A DNA stretch of 64,000 nucleotides from Antedon mediterranea (taxonomy: Eukaryota; Animalia; Echinodermata). The stretch lies in contig NC_092670.1 of assembly GCF_964355755.1 (NCBI RefSeq), forward strand, positions 22,058,795 through 22,122,794, written 5' to 3'. Position 1 is the first letter of the stretch. Every line of letters begins with the position of its first letter. A program made the position numbers and the translations under genes. Under the pieces are notes generated by a model. It was not told the DNA's origin. It worked only from the letters and a program-made list of their open reading frames with translations, and searched no databases. Shown here one piece after another: positions 60,298 to 64,000 of this stretch.

Positions 60298-61753
60298 TCA
60301 AAGTTGGGTTGCAGTCTCAGCTTCCTTATTTTTAACACTAACACACTTGTTGCCACATAGATAGAACCGTAATGGTTTCAATCTCCACGTCTCCTCAGTA
60401 GAATCTATTCCGATCCTTGGGCAGGAAATAATCTTCACTTTCTTTATATCTGCAAGACCTCCTTCCTCCATATTTTGAACCGCAGCATCAGTGTCTTCCC
60501 TCATAACATCACCCTCTGTATCTTCATTTACTTGATCTCTTTCTATCCACATTGAAGTGGAAATTACCAAGTCGACCTGATCTAGAGTTTTTGTGATGCA
60601 AAGAGCATCTGCAAGTTTTCCTGGACCATTGCAAAGCTGATGAGGTTTCAGAGGTTTTGATGTTTCTTTACGACGTCTCTGCCGATGGGTGTGCATCTCG
60701 GATAAGCCTTCGAGAGGTTCTAAGGCACGGATTAACACAGCAGTACCCTCACCTGAATGTGAAATAACAAAAGTTAACATTGCTAAAAAACAATATCATT
60801 ATTTTCTATCACATGATGACCATAAACCAATAAGAGTAGGGAATTTTAAACCAGGTTCGGCAACCTGCATTTTGGAGGGGTTACCTAGGTCAACCAACAT
60901 CTGACATAGATTCCCAGTAAGGTTATACAGTGAAGCTAAGGAACAGAACCCAAAACAGTAAATAATATCATTTATGTAATGTCAAATATATAACCATGCC
61001 AATTTTGATGGAGACATGTACAGGATCTACCATTTTTGTACCATAGTATGGTTACATTTACCTTCACTAGAAATGTTAAGACAATGGTACATTCCGTAAA
61101 TCATGTAAACGTACGACGTTCCCGATTCCATAAACATTGCCTTATTTCTTCCGGTTTTCTTGCCCTTGTATGAATGACATGCAGTATCCTCTTCCCCACA
61201 ATAAGCTTCCGTTTCTACGATCCTACCAGATAGTCTTTCTCCCGAATCAAGGACCCGGACTAACTTTTTTCCCAATAGTTCTTTAGCTAATGCCACACAA
61301 GGTTTTGTGAAAAAATTGCGCCCAAGTCGTATGTTATCATTGCTGTGTTTATTGACAAAGTATTTACTTGTGCTACTGTGACATTTAAAATCATCTGATG
61401 GGGTGCTACTGGCTTTCATATCGCTGCATTCACTTTTTCTTTTCAATCCCTGAAATAATACCAGTAAGAACACTAAAAAAAAAGTGGTTATTACTGTTAA
61501 TGACATTAATTATTTTTTACAGTAACTTTTTATTATAAATCCTTCTATGTACATCTTTACTCGTTATCAAAACAAGCTTGTTTTTTTTTCGAATGAGGAC
61601 AATCCCAGTGTATTGGCTGGTTGACCAATCTACACTAGTACAGAGCTATAATTCATATTCCAGATTCTAAAAGAAAATAACCTATAATAGAGCGGATTAT
61701 TATTTCACCTTTTTGGTATTTATAGTAGACATCTCTCTTGAGTTTGTTTGCAT
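60298..61753 (-). CDS. MPG: DNA-3-methyladenine glycosylase (AAG)
   Basis: Exons 61062-61449 and 60298-60752, plus a probable exon 61709-61753(69). Motifs LAKELLGKKLVR, GRIVETEAY, HSYKG, YVYMIYGMYHCLNISSEG, AVLIRALEPL, LCNGPGKL, PRIGI, PLRFY. The start codon is tentative. Confidence 0.94.
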
Positions 61754-62480
61754 TGGTGTTGCTTGTTGCCTTAAATGAATTAAAAGTGAATAAGAAAAAG
61801 ATTTATATTAATAAATAAATACATTTTCCTTTAGTTTAGTTTCGAAATAATGAGAAAATTTGGGCACGGAGAAACACTGAGATTCATATACAATGCTATT
61901 GATTATATAGTAGTTGATAAAGCTTTATAATTATAGCTAGACAGATTGAGTCAAAGTTGTGTAATTTTTACAATCAGAAATTTTTTATCAGATAGACACT
62001 GTCATAGCATAGACAATAAAATTTACTTTCTATTAAGTATTGACTATGACTAGAGCTACAGTAAAACTAAAAGTAGTCTAGCCTAGTATAAGTACCAGTA
62101 TTACTTACTAGGCCTAGAGTGATTGAGCCAGGGTCCTACTAGACTAGACTATTACTAGATATAGAGAGAGAGGGCTATTATTGAGCATAATAATAATATT
62201 AATAAGAATAGCTAGGCCTAGCCGGCGCCGCCTAGCCTATAGATAGATAGTCACTAGGCCTAGGCCTCTAGGCCAGCCTGAATTATATTCTGTGTTTCTG
62301 TAATATAGTGCAAGAAGTAATCAAAATATAAAAACACGTACAGAGTTTTGAAAAAACGTACAAAACGATTAAATAAAAACAAAAAAGACAAGTCAATGTT
62401 CACTTGTTTTGTAAACAACATCACACACAGTGTATATAGCATCAAGGCAATCTACTAACAACACAGCAGCTGGTACATGA

Positions 62481-62495
62481 CCACCAGAGGGCGAC
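62481..62495 (+). promoter_or_regulatory. CTCF-consensus-like motif upstream of MPG
   Basis: CCACCAGAGGGCGAC closely matches the CTCF core CCASYAGRKGGC; motif match only. Confidence 0.35.
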
Positions 62496-64000
62496 AACTC
62501 AGACATTCTTAATTTCAATTTATTTTCTTTTTTTTGGTGTGAAATTCTCAACTTGTCGCGGGGGCGCTCTCTCGAGTGTGATCTTGTGGAAATGAAATTT
62601 ACATTCAATATTATTAAATTACATTTACTACTTGTATAATTTTATTATTTCGTCGTGGTACTTTGGTATGCGTAATATCATTATTTATAAGGAATTAGAT
62701 ACTTATTTTATTGGAAGTAACCGTGTAGCCTAGTTTGATTGGATCTGCTGGTTGCAATTTGTCAACGAAGACGGCGGACGGTCGGTCGGGTAAGTCAAAA
62801 AATGAATGAAGGCCAGGAGCGGAGAGAGTATTGCCTGCCTGCCCGCCCGCAGCCCATCCCACACAGCAGCAGCCACTTGACATTACCCCCACATGTAGGC
62901 GGCCTATGATTACACGGTTTTAAAATTTTATAATGTAAAAAAATGATCCCAGATAGCTACAAGTTCCCTATTTTATTAATAGATTAGGTCCCCTAAGCCT
63001 ACCTAGGCTAGCCTATATATAGGCTAGTTTTCTTTCCAATTTCCATTCTCATATAAATATCAGTTTTCAAATGAAACTTATTAATAATATTGTGAAAGAT
63101 TTATTCATCATTATTGAAAATTACTTGAAACGAAGTTAATTCAACAAGTCAACAAATAGTAGTTTAGAATATTAAACCTAATCAAATTTTTATTATTTTA
63201 TTTTATAATGAATGAATTAGTGTCGGGTGAAATAGTGTTCTGTTATTAAATTTTTAATAAATAATCATTATCAAATAAATAATTAAATAAAATTGCTTTG
63301 TAAAGTAGTAGAAATCATTAATTCTAGGTCTATTACATATTACAATTGGCTTAAAAAAATGTTTGGTATATATGATTTGATTCTATTTACTGTGCATACT
63401 GTAATTATTAATAAAAGTACTGGGCAGTTTTGAAAAAAATGGCTCCAAATTGGGACATAATGATTTTTTTTTCTGAAAATGAAAGTTGCATATATTACTA
63501 CCATTTATGTCTTATTATGTTGACACAAGGTTAAATTGTAGGGAACAAATCAAGGATCTGACAAAACAATTTGATTAACCTTTTTTTTACATGTTTAATA
63601 CAAAAAAAACAATTTTATTTTTTGAGAAAAATATGTAAACACTTCTTTTGATTTTTATAAGTATTTATTAGTATTTACAATATTTGTAAGTTTCAACTGT
63701 CAGTATACTAATTGGATAACAGAAAAAATACAATTTTTTTACATACAGTAGACAAAGATAGAAAAAATTAAATAAATATAAAAAAAAAATCATATGTTTT
63801 AAAACCAGTATGCTAAAAGTTTTTATTTTTCAAATAATCTGTTGTACAGAAGCTTGTAACTATTTTTTTAAATGACAACTTGGTAAAACCAATAAATACT
63901 GAAAGTTTGGACTTCATATGACAGGGTATGGCAATACAGTGTTCCGCTATTGTAATGCTATACAGTACATTGCTCTGTGGGGTGTTACACTCCTGACATT

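Noticed and set aside
34616-61753. NTHL1 plus MPG as a co-regulated DNA-repair cluster
   Set aside because: They are separated by three unrelated genes, and ancestral linkage is a sufficient explanation.
62393-62608. ORF MSELSPSGG... as the MPG first coding exon
   Set aside because: I found no donor in the phase required by the 61769 acceptor, so it is more likely promoter or 5' UTR.

Overview
AT-rich, intron-containing animal DNA. It is probably an invertebrate deuterostome; this is an inference from gene content and repeat style. I spliced eight protein-coding genes by hand with canonical GT-AG junctions: BPTF/NURF301 (-, runs off the left edge), AIMP2 (+), PRPSAP (-), NTHL1 (+), an intronless noggin-like gene (-), a 10-exon DUF4239/bestrophin-like membrane-protein gene (-), NPRL3 (+) and MPG (-). 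Introns are packed with non-autonomous transposons: Harbinger-, TcMar-, Kolobok-, MULE-, Ginger- and P-like elements, Helentron/HINE elements, tRNA-SINEs and a LINE 3' fragment. Main observations: (1) PRPSAP has two tandem, intact, 159-nt alternative last exons that are 58% identical in protein; (2) a 280-bp-arm near-perfect palindrome carries a minimal type I hammerhead ribozyme on each strand (Penelope-like); (3) the DUF4239-like gene has a possible 18-nt microexon; (4) several 16-34 nt CA...TG mini-palindromes with 7-bp target duplications look like P-element excision footprints, one with its empty site in the window; (5) the convergent NPRL3-MPG pair is present without a globin gene.
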